From Intoshia linei (Eukaryota > Animalia > Orthonectida), in contig LWCA01000287.1 of the NCBI GenBank assembly GCA_001642005.1, positions 1 to 33,633 of the forward strand: 33,633 bases of DNA. Direction: 5' to 3'. The translations under genes were made by a program, and so were the position numbers. This document shows, in pieces, positions 11,201 through 21,665 of this stretch. Each line of letters begins with the position of its first letter. The stretch's first letter is position 1. Below the pieces are notes generated by a model. That model ran no database searches. It was not told the DNA's origin and saw only the letters and a list, made by a program, of their open reading frames with translations.

Positions 11201-13748
11201 AAATTTTACATATTCTACGACTTGTCCGTGGAATGTGTATATTTCACAGTTGTACACATTCTATACAACATATAATTTTAAATAAATAACCCAAAATTGT
11301 TCCGATTTGACAAGCAGAGCATTTAGCTTTTAAAAAGTAGTGTGGAGCAACAGTACATTGATTACAACTTTCTATCGTGTCTAGATGACACTTTTCACAT
11401 TGATAAACACTGTTGTCGTTAATAAAACGCTTTTTCAAGACATAATTGAATTCACATTCAATACACTGAGATAAACTGGAACATTTATTACAATTTTTAG
11501 GGCAAAATTCGCAAACTCCGTTACTCCAAATGCGTTTTGAACAAGATTTGCATTGATTTTCTAATGCTATAATGGTATTATCACACAAAGTGCACTCATG
11601 ATTATCGCTACTCAAAAAATAATTGACATCACATCTAATACATTGATCAGAATTACATTCCACGCAATTGAATGGACAGGTATGACAAGAAGGCACACCA
11701 TCTAACCAAATTCGTTCATTATCGGGTACATTACATGCTTCACACCGTTCTGAACTATATAGCGATTGAGTTGGACAATAAATATCTTTACATACAAAAA
11801 TGGAGTCAACATTTACCCATACACCACGACACACATTACATTCAACTTGAGATGTAATTAAATTTTTAGACGTACAATCAATTTTTTGACACGTATAATC
11901 TATGGACAGTCGAATCCACATGCTTCCTTGTTTAGTTTTTTCACATTTTTGACAGGTTGATTCCATTATGCTGCCTTCTTCTAAACTTTGACAATTCAAA
12001 GAGATGCACTTTCCGCCTTCAACGGGTAACCATTTACTATTTCGACACGCTCCACATTTTTCTTCCGTATACGCTTCATAAACTCGGTTTGTCGAACAAT
12101 TTTTTCCATATTTAACGCATTTCAAACCGGTCCAATAGTAATCTAGAGCTTGGTTGCAAATGTGTTCAGTTAATGGTACAGATTGAGTAAACAATTTGCA
12201 TTTTAATTCTGTTGCAGACCAATACATGAATGGAAAACAATAATTACATGAGGTAGGTGTGATAGGATTGTTACATAGCTGAGATACAAGTTTGGTACCT
12301 GAAACAGACCTTCCAAAACAGTGCAAACATTTATGTTCGGTTGACATGATTCCCCCGTCACATCCATATTCAATCGTTTGACATGCATTATTTAGCCAAA
12401 TTCTTCCTTCACATGCATTACATTCATTTTCTGATGTGGGGCTCATACATGTAGTGAAAATGCAACTTGTAGAATTCCAGTATAATTTCATTCTTTTACA
12501 ACCAGTACACTTTTCAGGAGTATCGAGAGAATCTGACAAGCAATTTATTACTTTGCAACCATTTCCATTCCAGTATCTGTTATGGCACTGACCACAATGG
12601 TTTTGAGATATTATCAGCTCGACATTATCACAATCAAAAGGTATACATTTATCTACTAAAGAATTCCAAATAAATCCACATTTGTCAAAAGAATCTTGTT
12701 CCCAATAATCAAAATTGTTGCATTTGTATCCAATATCGCATTTACCCATTACCCATATTCTGTTATCGCACGCATTGCATTCGCCTTGGGTTTGTACGAT
12801 TCGTAAATTTGTTTCACACACAGCTTGAACACATATATTGTTTAAAAAATAATATGAATTGCATTTTTCACATAATAATTGAGTACTGGCGTTACTACAT
12901 TCAATTCGAGCGCAATTTCCATTAGGTATGTATAAACCTGGCCGTGTGTTACATATTTCACAGCTTAATTGAGTTATTAATGTTTCATCACCACATTTGT
13001 TACATTTATCTGTAAAATACAAATTTTTGCACTTGTGACAACTTTCCTTTATACTAATTAAAACTGGATCAACCGAGGTACAGCTCATACATCTACTGAT
13101 TGTTCCTGTTACAACCCACACGTAACCTTCCATGCAACCATCAACCAATAAACCATTCACTGTACTGATACAATCACCATCACCTTCGCAATTCCTACAA
13201 TTAAGGGGACACGGAATACACTGGTTTGTGGTTTCATTGGACCAATAATTTCCATAAAAATGCAATTTACAATCTTGACAAGTATTTTGATCAAATTGTA
13301 AACATTTACGACATTTTTGGTTTTTATCCAAAAAATAACCATCAATACATAACTTACACATTCCATTCTCGCATAATTGACAAAACGAACAATTTTTTTC
13401 AATAGACACACACTTTGCCATTTTTGAAACATAATGATCCTTTTTACATATATCACAAGTTAAATACGATTTACACAAGTTACAGTTTTTTGAACATTCT
13501 ATACAAGTCCCATTGTAAACAAAATGAGATTTTTTACACAAATTACAACCATTTTTATCACAATTGATACAATTTAAACTGCATTTACTACAAACATGTC
13601 CATTTCGATAAAACCCTGAATTGCATTCTAGACATGACATGCTATTGTTTTCACATGATTCACAATTGTAAATGCTACATTCATTTAATGTTTCAATTGA
13701 ATTAAATCTAATTGTGAATATAAAAATCCAGAAAAAATTCATCAACAT
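8201..13748 (-). CDS. Giant Cys-rich (furin-like/CxxC repeat) cell-surface protein with C-terminal Ly6/uPAR domain and GPI-anchor-type tail, ~1374 aa, two exons
   Basis: Exon 1 13748-11291 and exon 2 9867-8201 join through a phase-1 GT..AG intron (11290-9868), reading ...CQIGTIL|DSEYKCNKC.... Total 4125 nt. Hydrophobic N-terminus MLMNFFWIFIFTIRFNS; dozens of CxxC modules; FKCYEC...CCLSHLCN at 8530-8288; terminal hydrophobic ISSLLLFLYLLLA* with no cytosolic tail. Confidence 0.85.
10670..11275. repeat. ~35-bp tandem minisatellite array (about a dozen units) plus conserved tail, inside the intron of the Cys-rich gene
   Basis: Units approximately AAAAAAATCTTAAAAACCCCTTTGAAAGTTTGGTT. The tail at 11188-11275 is homologous to 272-355. 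Confidence 0.9.
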
Positions 13749-13917
13749 TTTATAGCTATATTTTAATTAATATCTGTAATGTAAATATAAAATTTTAAAT
13801 GATATTGCGTTAAATTTATTAATTTAACGCACTGTATTATATTATAGTGCATATAGTTTTATTTAAACATATTCCTATAAAAAAGTTTATTTACAATATT
13901 GAACAATTTTTTAGACT

Positions 13918-16900
13918 CTATTTGGCCCAGTAAATTTGAAATTTTTTTTTTAAATTTTGTTTTTTTTCACATGATAAATAAGCCACTTGATCTTGAAGTT
14001 GTTCAAGCTTTTCAGACTTTAATATATTTGTTCGTTGTAGGCGTAATATTTTGCATATTAACATATTTTTATCGTAATTGTCGAGTGTCTATTATGATAT
14101 AATTAAGAGTTATACTTTAATATAATGTAGTATGAACATTATTTAAATAGTATCAATTACATTTCCAATTTAAATGTTGATGTGCATTTACTTTTATTGA
14201 ATTTATTACTTAAAATTTTTCAATTAACCCATTTGTCAAAATTAAAGGACATGATCCAAAGTTAAAATTTAAAATTGTCATTTTAACTTCAATTTCAACT
14301 CCATTTTAAAAAAATAAAAATTATTTTTAATCTTTCCAATTCAGTATCCATTAAAATTTAAAAAATTAGGTTTACAGAGACTATTATTAAATGAAAAATA
14401 TAGGATGATCCTATAGGATGATGTAATAAAAATATACAATTAAATGTATCTAAATTTAATGTATGATGTTTAAATGAATCCAGTTTATCGTGTCCTGCTA
14501 GGTCAGGGGTCGACAACCTTTTGAAGCTCGTGGGCACTTTTTTATACCAAAAAATTTACAAATGCTACATTTCAATTTTAACTGAAGAAAAACGGTTCTA
14601 GTATATTCAAAAAAATAAAATCCAGGGCAACTTGAAAATTCAGTATTAAAATGAATATAATGAGCTAATTATAGTAGAAAATGTTTAAAACAGTGTTTAA
14701 AGTTTAAAAAGAAATAATTTGCATATTTACTCAAAGGGCCAAATACATTATTTTGTTGACCACTGTTGCTGACCCATGCGCTAGGGCATACTATGAATTA
14801 CACAGATTCGAATGAGCCCATTCAACCAGTAACCGTTTTCAAAGAAAACAAAAAAATCACTTCACTGATATAAACTACTATAAATTAAACAAAAATTACA
14901 CGTAAACTTTGTTGGTCAGAAGATTCATTTCCAATAACTGATCCAGTTTCAGAATTATTTGCGGAAACTCTCAATTGTCGGTTCAAATCCTAAAATGTTA
15001 TTAAATTATGAATGCTACGACACAATTTAAATTTAGAAAAATTGGGTCACGCCAAAATCATCTAAGCCTTGGGAAACGGTAAATAAATATCAATTTTTAT
15101 AATATAAAAATTATCTATTATAAACATTTTTTATCAAAACGTAAATCGGGAATTTTTAGATTATTTTTTTAACAAACCTTAAAGGGGAGGGTTATTTAAG
15201 ATTTTTTTAACCAATCGCTTGAAGGGTATTTTCAGATTATTTCTTTACCAAACCCTAAAGGGGAGGGTTTTTAAAAATTTTTTTAACCAAATCCTTTAAG
15301 GGTATTTTCATATTATTTTTTTTAGTCAAACTTTAAAGGAAAGGGTTTTTAAAATTTTAAGACCCTTAAAGAGGAATTTTCAGATTATTTATACAATCAA
15401 ATCTTAAAAACCCTTCCCCTGTAAGGTTTTATAAAAAATCTAAAATAATCATCACCTTTAAGGTTAGGTTGAAAAAAATAATCTGAAAATTCCCCTTTGA
15501 CAGTTTGGTAAAAAATATTTTCATAATATGTAATTTTTATATTATGAAAATTGAAACTTATTTACCTAAAATCTAAGCCTTAGACTAGGTCAGTGTTTCT
15601 TAACTTTTTTTACTTATAAAATTAAATTAAATTAAATTAAATTAAATAAGTGGTCAATAAAATTGTAATTGTGAAATTAACATTGAAAACATTTATAAAT
15701 GAGTCGTCCATATGGGCCAGTAAAATAAAATTTTATTTACATGTCATTTAGTGTAACTAAATTAGAGTAAAATGAAAATCAATTCCATAAATACCTTTAC
15801 AATTCGTAGGTGACGGTTATTGAGAACATCCAAATTATCGTTAGATATCTTAAGTTGATTTTGTAATAATGTACCTAAAACAACGATTATAAATTACATA
15901 AACTAAATTTACTCAACAATACACCCACAACATTATTTTTTACGTAATTTACACAAATTTTAACAATTACATTTATTATAATATTCATCTTTGGTTTTGA
16001 CAGCTTGTTTTAGCGTCTGTTCACATTCCTCCAATTCGGAGGTTAGTTTTAATTGCTAAAATATATTTATTTTTGAATTCTAAAATTGAGTTACATTTCA
16101 ATATACACAGTGTGTCAATTTATTAGGCAGATCACTAAAATTGATGTAATAAACTCTAGGAATGATAAAAACTTAATTTTTTTTGTAATTAGGTGGCTTT
16201 TAATTTCATATACTTTAACTTTACATAAACTTTTTATTTACATATTATTGTTTATTTACTTAAATTTGTGTGTCAATTTGTTAGGCAAATCTAAAGAATA
16301 TTGATAAATGAAAAGGAATATAACATTGAAATTTATTTCTAATGTTTAATATAGTTACCATATACCTGTAACAATTTAATCAATTTTCCATCAACAGAAT
16401 CTGTCAACTTCTTGACGCGTTCTGGTTAAATTGTACTAGACACCTGTTTTATCGCATTCCACAGTGATTCAATGGAATTATATTGGGTTCTAGCAGCATA
16501 TAGTTTTCTAAATGGTAGTTATATGTATAGTTAATAGGTTATAAAAATATTACATCTTTATCATGCTGCAATAATTTTATATTGGATTTAAATCTGGACT
16601 GTTAAGAGGCCAAATTATTAACTTTTCTCCATTAATGCCATTTTCTGATAAAAATTTCCTACTATATGATCATGAATGGGAAGGTGCATTATCGTGCATG
16701 AATTTGAAATTGTTTTTAAATTCTTCACTCTTTGAATTGAACCATGGAAAGTAGTTCTCCTCCAAAAACTGTCTAACTAACTATAAAAATTTAAACATCT
16801 TAAAATAGTGAATATTATAATTTAGAATTTAATTTTACGCCACTAGGAATTCGAAATGGTCCTAACACTTGACTACCAAGTATTACAGCCCAAAACATGA

Positions 16901-19900
16901 CCTCTCCTCCATTTTATTGGCGACGCAATCTAATCGGAACTTTAGCATCATTAAGTACCCAGCCTCTTGACCACCCATCCGGTCCATCTAAAGTTGCACA
17001 GCATTCATCAGTGAACAGAACCATCTGGAAATTTGTCTTTAAATTGAATTTAGCCCAATTAAGACGTTTTACTTTTTTACTCGTAAATTTTTTGACAGAA
17101 GCAATGGTTTTTAATACTCTACAACGAGTATTTCTCGAGACATTGATAATGTTACAAGTTGTAAATAATTTGGAACTAGTAGCAAGTGGTGTGGTAGATA
17201 TTTTCCGCCTTAATCGAGATAATTTTCGCGGTATCACTACCTTTTTTCCACATTTTGACTTATTATTTTTTTTGATGGGTAATGAGCCCATTTTTTAATT
17301 GTTCGATGGTCGCGTTTTAGAACTTTGGATATTTGAAGAGTTGTCTTTCCTCTGGCCAATAAGTCTGTTATTTGACTTTTTTCGTCATTATTTAAGTCAT
17401 TTTTTTGTCCCATTTCAAATTTGCCTAACAAATTAACACACTAATTTAAGTAAGTAAAAAATAATATGTAAATAAAAATTTTTTTTTTACAAATTAAATT
17501 TAGTTTATTTAATGAATAATATTAACATCAATTAAAAGCCACCTAATTACAAAAAAATAATTAAGTTTTCATCATTCCTAAAGTTTATTAGATCAGTTTT
17601 AGTGATCTGCCTAATAAATTGACACTGTGTACAGTCAATCCTGTTCAATATGAACATTAGCGTACTAAATTTTATTATTGTTCATATTATCGAGGTAAGT
17701 GAACACTGAAAAAGATATAAAAAAAACAATTAAAGTTAAAATTATGTTCATATAAAAAAATTTCATTATGTGAGCTGTTCATGTTGAAGAAGATTCACTG
17801 TATTAATAATGTATTGTACTGTAATATACACAAAAATAAAGTATATAATATACATTATTGTCGTAATCAACTTTGTTTACATCAAGTTTTTTTTGTAATT
17901 TTTGAATTAAGGATTTTTGTTTTGGCATCTACATTTTACAAAGTTATACAGTATATGAATGCCGTTCAAATTCAAATTGTTTTAATTTCAAATTTATTCG
18001 ATATTTTTTTAGTCTCCAAGTCAAATGCATACATTATATATGTGTATAATATATACTGTATATACAAATGTACATTGACTTAAAAAAATATTTAATTATG
18101 GTTGATTTTACGGGATTTCAATTTAATAAAAATTAATTAACATTTTTGTAAATATTAATAATCCACCTAATAACAACATCGATTTAATTTATATACATGT
18201 TGTAATTGCATGGATTATAATATATTATTAATGAGAGGGTTCAGATCTCGAGGTACCGTTTAGTGTGTAACCACGGAATCTGGAGTCTAGATCATATAGA
18301 AAATGATTATTTTTGTAATTATATCATGTCTAATGTTATAAAATTAACAAAAATATACCGATGTTTCGTATTCTATATTAGCAGCTCTTAATACTGTATT
18401 AGATTCAGTCAACTTTTCAACTAATTGGATACATTTGGAATATTTGTTGTAAATGTTCTCCTTTTCACTTAAAAGTTTATCGTGAGTTTCCTTTATCTTT
18501 TGTAAGCTAACAAGTTCAGAATTTCTATAGAATAAAATGATACAGTAAATAAAAAAAGATTTAAAACTTTTGTTGGTTCTTCAGTTTCCAGAGGAGAATA
18601 TCAATTTCGTCAATTAGACAATTTATGGTGGATTCATTATACATACTTAATTTAGCCTAAATTATAATCTAATTATGAATTATTAAATACCATTTAAACA
18701 TGACAATACAATTGTATTATAATTATAATAATTACTAGATGGCTGTTATGTACTTCGTACAAATAGCAGCTATCTCTGCCGAAGACGGACGTTTTAATTT
18801 CATGACACAATTTTTTTAATTTATTATAAAAAATTTAATATTATTATTGCGATGATGATATCCCAAAATTTAATTTTTATAAAATTATAATTCCTGCATC
18901 AGTATCATAGTACATTTTTTTTAATTTCCACGGCTCGTCTGATTTTAAAAAAAAAGATAATTGGATTTTTGGCCGAAAAGATGTACCCCTTATGAACATA
19001 AAATATTTTCGCGTCCTAAAAATTTTCCATATATTCCAAACATGAATTTAAATAAATCAAAACTATATTCATGAAATTTTCAAATTCTCGTGACCCCGCT
19101 TGAAAAACACTGGAATACAATTAATTTTTTTATTAACGGAATTTTAGGTTCATACAAAATTGTTAAAAAGAAAATGGATTCCGTTATAGTGAATTTTTTC
19201 CGTTATAGTGGATTGTTTCCGTTATATTGGATTGTTTCCGTTATATTGGATTTTTTCTGTTATAGTGAATTGTTTCGGTTATAATGAATTTTTTCTGTTA
19301 TAGTGGATTTTTTCCGTTATAATAAAATTCCGTTAATTTAGACTAGATTTAACAGAATTAAATATACTGCATACATAAAAACAGACGTTAATTTTCTTAC
19401 AATTAGAAGTTACTTATAATTTAATATCATAAATGAAAACCTTTAAAGAATCATTATCTTCTTCAATTTCCTAAAATACAAAATTCAATTTGATGTTTAT
19501 AACTTGTTATTCATAATTTGTCAATAATAATAAATAATTTTACCGAAATTTTATCTTTTAATGTTGAACATTCCAATTTAAGCGTATCATTACAAGCATG
19601 TTCATTTTTTAATTTTTCCATTGCTAGTGCCATTTGAGCATGAAATGATTTGTTTTGAGTTAGAGACATACATTCAACTTTAAGATTGTTAATTTCATTT
19701 TGCTAATTAAATAAGCTTACAAAGTTAATAATAAGTTAATAAATTTATATCAATACAATGTAACTATTATTCGATATGAACATTTTTTTTTATAATGGGA
19801 ATCAAATAAAATAAGATTTGAATATAAATTTACCTGATTATTAATTTTATTAATTAAACCGGCATTTTTATTTTGAGTTTGTTTATTTATATTAGCCAAT

Positions 19901-21665
19901 CGATTAACTTCTTTTTTACATAGATAAATTTCATGTCTAGATTTTTTAATTTGATTTTCTAGGTTAATATTCTTCTTTTCCCCCTCAGCAAATTTCATTA
20001 CCATAGAATTTTTGTCTTTTTTCACTAATTTAAATTCCTCACAAATCTAAAAATATCAATATAGAATAAAAAACTCAAAACCAATAAAATATAAACTAAG
20101 TTATCAAGTCCCAGACTCGTGCAAATCTCCTTGGAGAAACCCTAAATCAAGTGTTGTGATTTTATAAAATTATATTAAACTTATAAAATCGATAAATATA
20201 ACAAATACAAATAATGTATATTAACCCATATACTCCCAGTGTGACCATATGGTCAAACATATATACAACATTACATTTATAAAAACACGTATCAAATTGA
20301 AACAAAGTTAATTAAATATGAAAAATTAAATTAATTAGTATATTATATAACATTCGAGTATATTAGTTATGAGTTTTCACCGAATAGTCTCCTGTGTCAC
20401 TGACAGTGGGCCAAAATAATTTTTTAAAGCAAAAAAAATTCATTAAAAAAATGTTTTATATTTTTTTTGTTAAAGTTGTGACAACTGAATTTAATGAATA
20501 CCATATGATGAATTCATGTATTGGCTACAATTTGATGAAATAATTAGGTATATTGACATGCGGTTTTATATATACACGCTTTTATTTGCCTTATTCTCCC
20601 AATGTGAACATATGGAATGTGAAATAACTCCATAACTACAATTGGTAATTACCTAAAATTATATATGGTGAAAAATAGGCAAGTATGTATTAACTTCCAT
20701 AATTTTTGGAAAAATCGAAGCCAAAAAATTATAAAAATTTGTCTGGGAGTATATGGGTTAAAATTATCAAATTTGCTAAAAATTAACATGTAAAAAAATA
20801 AATAATAAATTAAAAAATACCATATCGTACAAACGTTTAGAAATGATATCATTAGTTATTTCAGTTTGCGATGACATGCATTTTGCATTCGCAAGTCTAT
20901 AAAATGAAATTATCAATATCAAGAGATAAATCATACTTGTTAGGGATAGAAGCAGTGGAAATTGTGTTTGAATTGGAGTCAATGTTAGATGAACAAACTT
21001 GACAAATTGATGAAACATTATGATGGCTAATTTTTGTCAAAACAAGGGGAGAATCAATGGAGCGAAATGAATCAAAACTGAAAGTATCTTTTCTAAAATG
21101 GCGATTAAATATATAAATATCAGTTAATAAGTTTCAAAAACACCACAAATTGATACAAAAATATATACTACAGTCCAGTCTGTTCAATGACAACACAGCT
21201 CAATTTAAACTTAAAATTTTTTTATAATTAATACAATTTCATGTATATTATACATTGTATAATAATAAATACAGTAGACGGTGTTAATTCAAATTGTCAC
21301 TTAAATTCGAACCATAATGTTCACATTGACCAATTTGAACTGCAAATTGGACAGATAATGGAAATTACGCAGTTCTAAATGTTTCTTTTGAGCATGATTC
21401 TTTACTTTTTAAGTTATAAATTGTTTTTTTTCTAAAATGGCTACAGATTAATAATTATTTATGTAAATGAAAACTTTTTAGGTAATTTAAATAAATTTAA
21501 ATCTTTTGAATAAAAATCCAAATGAATCAAATTTAATCTGATTGGTAACGAAACTGATACTCCCCATTTTGTTTCAAGTATTTCATGGTCAATATCTTTT
21601 TCTGGCAAGGAACATGTTGACTTCATTTCCGAATATGAAGTGGAGCAAGAACTGGAATTGTTCAT
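13918..21665 (-). CDS. CCDC186: Coiled-coil domain-containing protein 186 (CCCP-1/Golgin-104 orthologue), ~522 aa, 13 exons
   Basis: In-frame GT-AG exon chain: 21665-21475, 21431-21369, 21092-20937, 20896-20821, 20046-19834, 19702-19544, 19470-19441, 18656-18568, 18524-18359, 16055-15971, 15874-15795, 14989-14900, 14088-13918. Family motifs recognised in order: KNSMVMKFAEGEK, LVEKLTESNTVL, RHLRIVKDLNRQL, DKNMLICKILRLQRTNILKSEKLEQLQDQV. The first four exons are supported only by frame and splice consistency. Confidence 0.8.
14504..14778. mobile_element. hAT-type MITE (family copy 2, inverted relative to 1545-1855)
   Basis: TIRs CAGGGGTCGACAAC / GTTGCTGACCCATG. Flanks TGCTAGGT / CGCTAGGG (6/8). 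Internal AAACGGTTCTAGTATATTCAA is the reverse complement of ~1726-1746. Confidence 0.8.
15071..15570. mobile_element. Foldback/Mutator-like element with modular inverted arms
   Basis: ~36-bp inverted repeats at 15078-15113 and 15531-15566. Internal ~35-bp modules switch orientation midway. 11-bp direct repeat ATCTAAGCCTT at 15060-15070 and 15571-15581. Confidence 0.7.
15619..15647. repeat. (AAATT)n microsatellite
   Basis: About 6 tandem AAATT units visible directly. Confidence 0.8.
16106..17629 (-). mobile_element. Tc1-family transposon (DD37E spacing), near full length with a pseudogenised transposase, in a CCDC186 intron
   Basis: Long TIRs (CACAGTG(TG)TCAATTTATTAGGCAGATCACTAAAA...) with an inner repeat of the terminal motif at ~16269 and ~17420-17440; TA flanks at 16104-16105 and 17630-17631. 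Frameshifted transposase pieces: MGQKNDL...RDHRTIKK, VLFTDEC..TLDGPDGW, FMHDNAPSH, WPLNSPDLNPI*. Confidence 0.93.
17632..17800. mobile_element. pogo-type MITE directly abutting the Tc1 element
   Basis: Imperfect TIRs CAGTCAATCCTGTTCAATATGAACA / TGTTCATGTTGAAGAAGATTCACTG. TA at 17630-17631 and 17801-17802. Confidence 0.75.
18735..19407 (-). mobile_element. Non-autonomous Helitron-like element carrying a 19-bp tandem array
   Basis: Minus-strand 3' end CTAG|T (18738-18734) preceded by hairpin GCTGTTATGTAC-TTC-GTACAAATAGC, similar to the hairpins at 7079 and 25107. The putative 5' TC at ~19407 is less certain. Confidence 0.6.
19176..19336. repeat. 19-bp minisatellite (~8 units, consensus GGATTTTTTCCGTTATAGT)
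   Basis: Directly visible tandem units. Confidence 0.9.
20225..20757. mobile_element. piggyBac-type MITE
   Basis: Perfect 15-bp TIRs CCCATATACTCCCAG / CTGGGAGTATATGGG. TTAA on both sides (20221-20224, 20758-20761). Internal repeat of CTCCCA.TGTGA.CATATGG near 20596. Confidence 0.92.

Noticed and set aside
9496-13456. Overlapping small ORFs 9496-9831, 11672-11857, 12203-12388 and 13157-13456
   Set aside because: Antisense or alternative-frame shadows of the Cys-rich CDS with no recognisable motifs.
8201-13748. Two separate Cys-rich genes (581 aa and 834 aa) as in the ORF track
   Set aside because: The 581-aa ORF's N-terminus and the 834-aa ORF's C-terminus are intron read-through. A phase-matched GT/AG pair joins them, with the signal peptide on one and the anchor on the other.
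8201-13748. Window being of ciliate or Giardia origin because of the VSP/i-antigen-like protein
   Set aside because: TAA/TAG act as stops, multi-kb ORFs are open in the standard code, and neighbours (CCDC186, intron-rich SUZ12) are animal-type genes.
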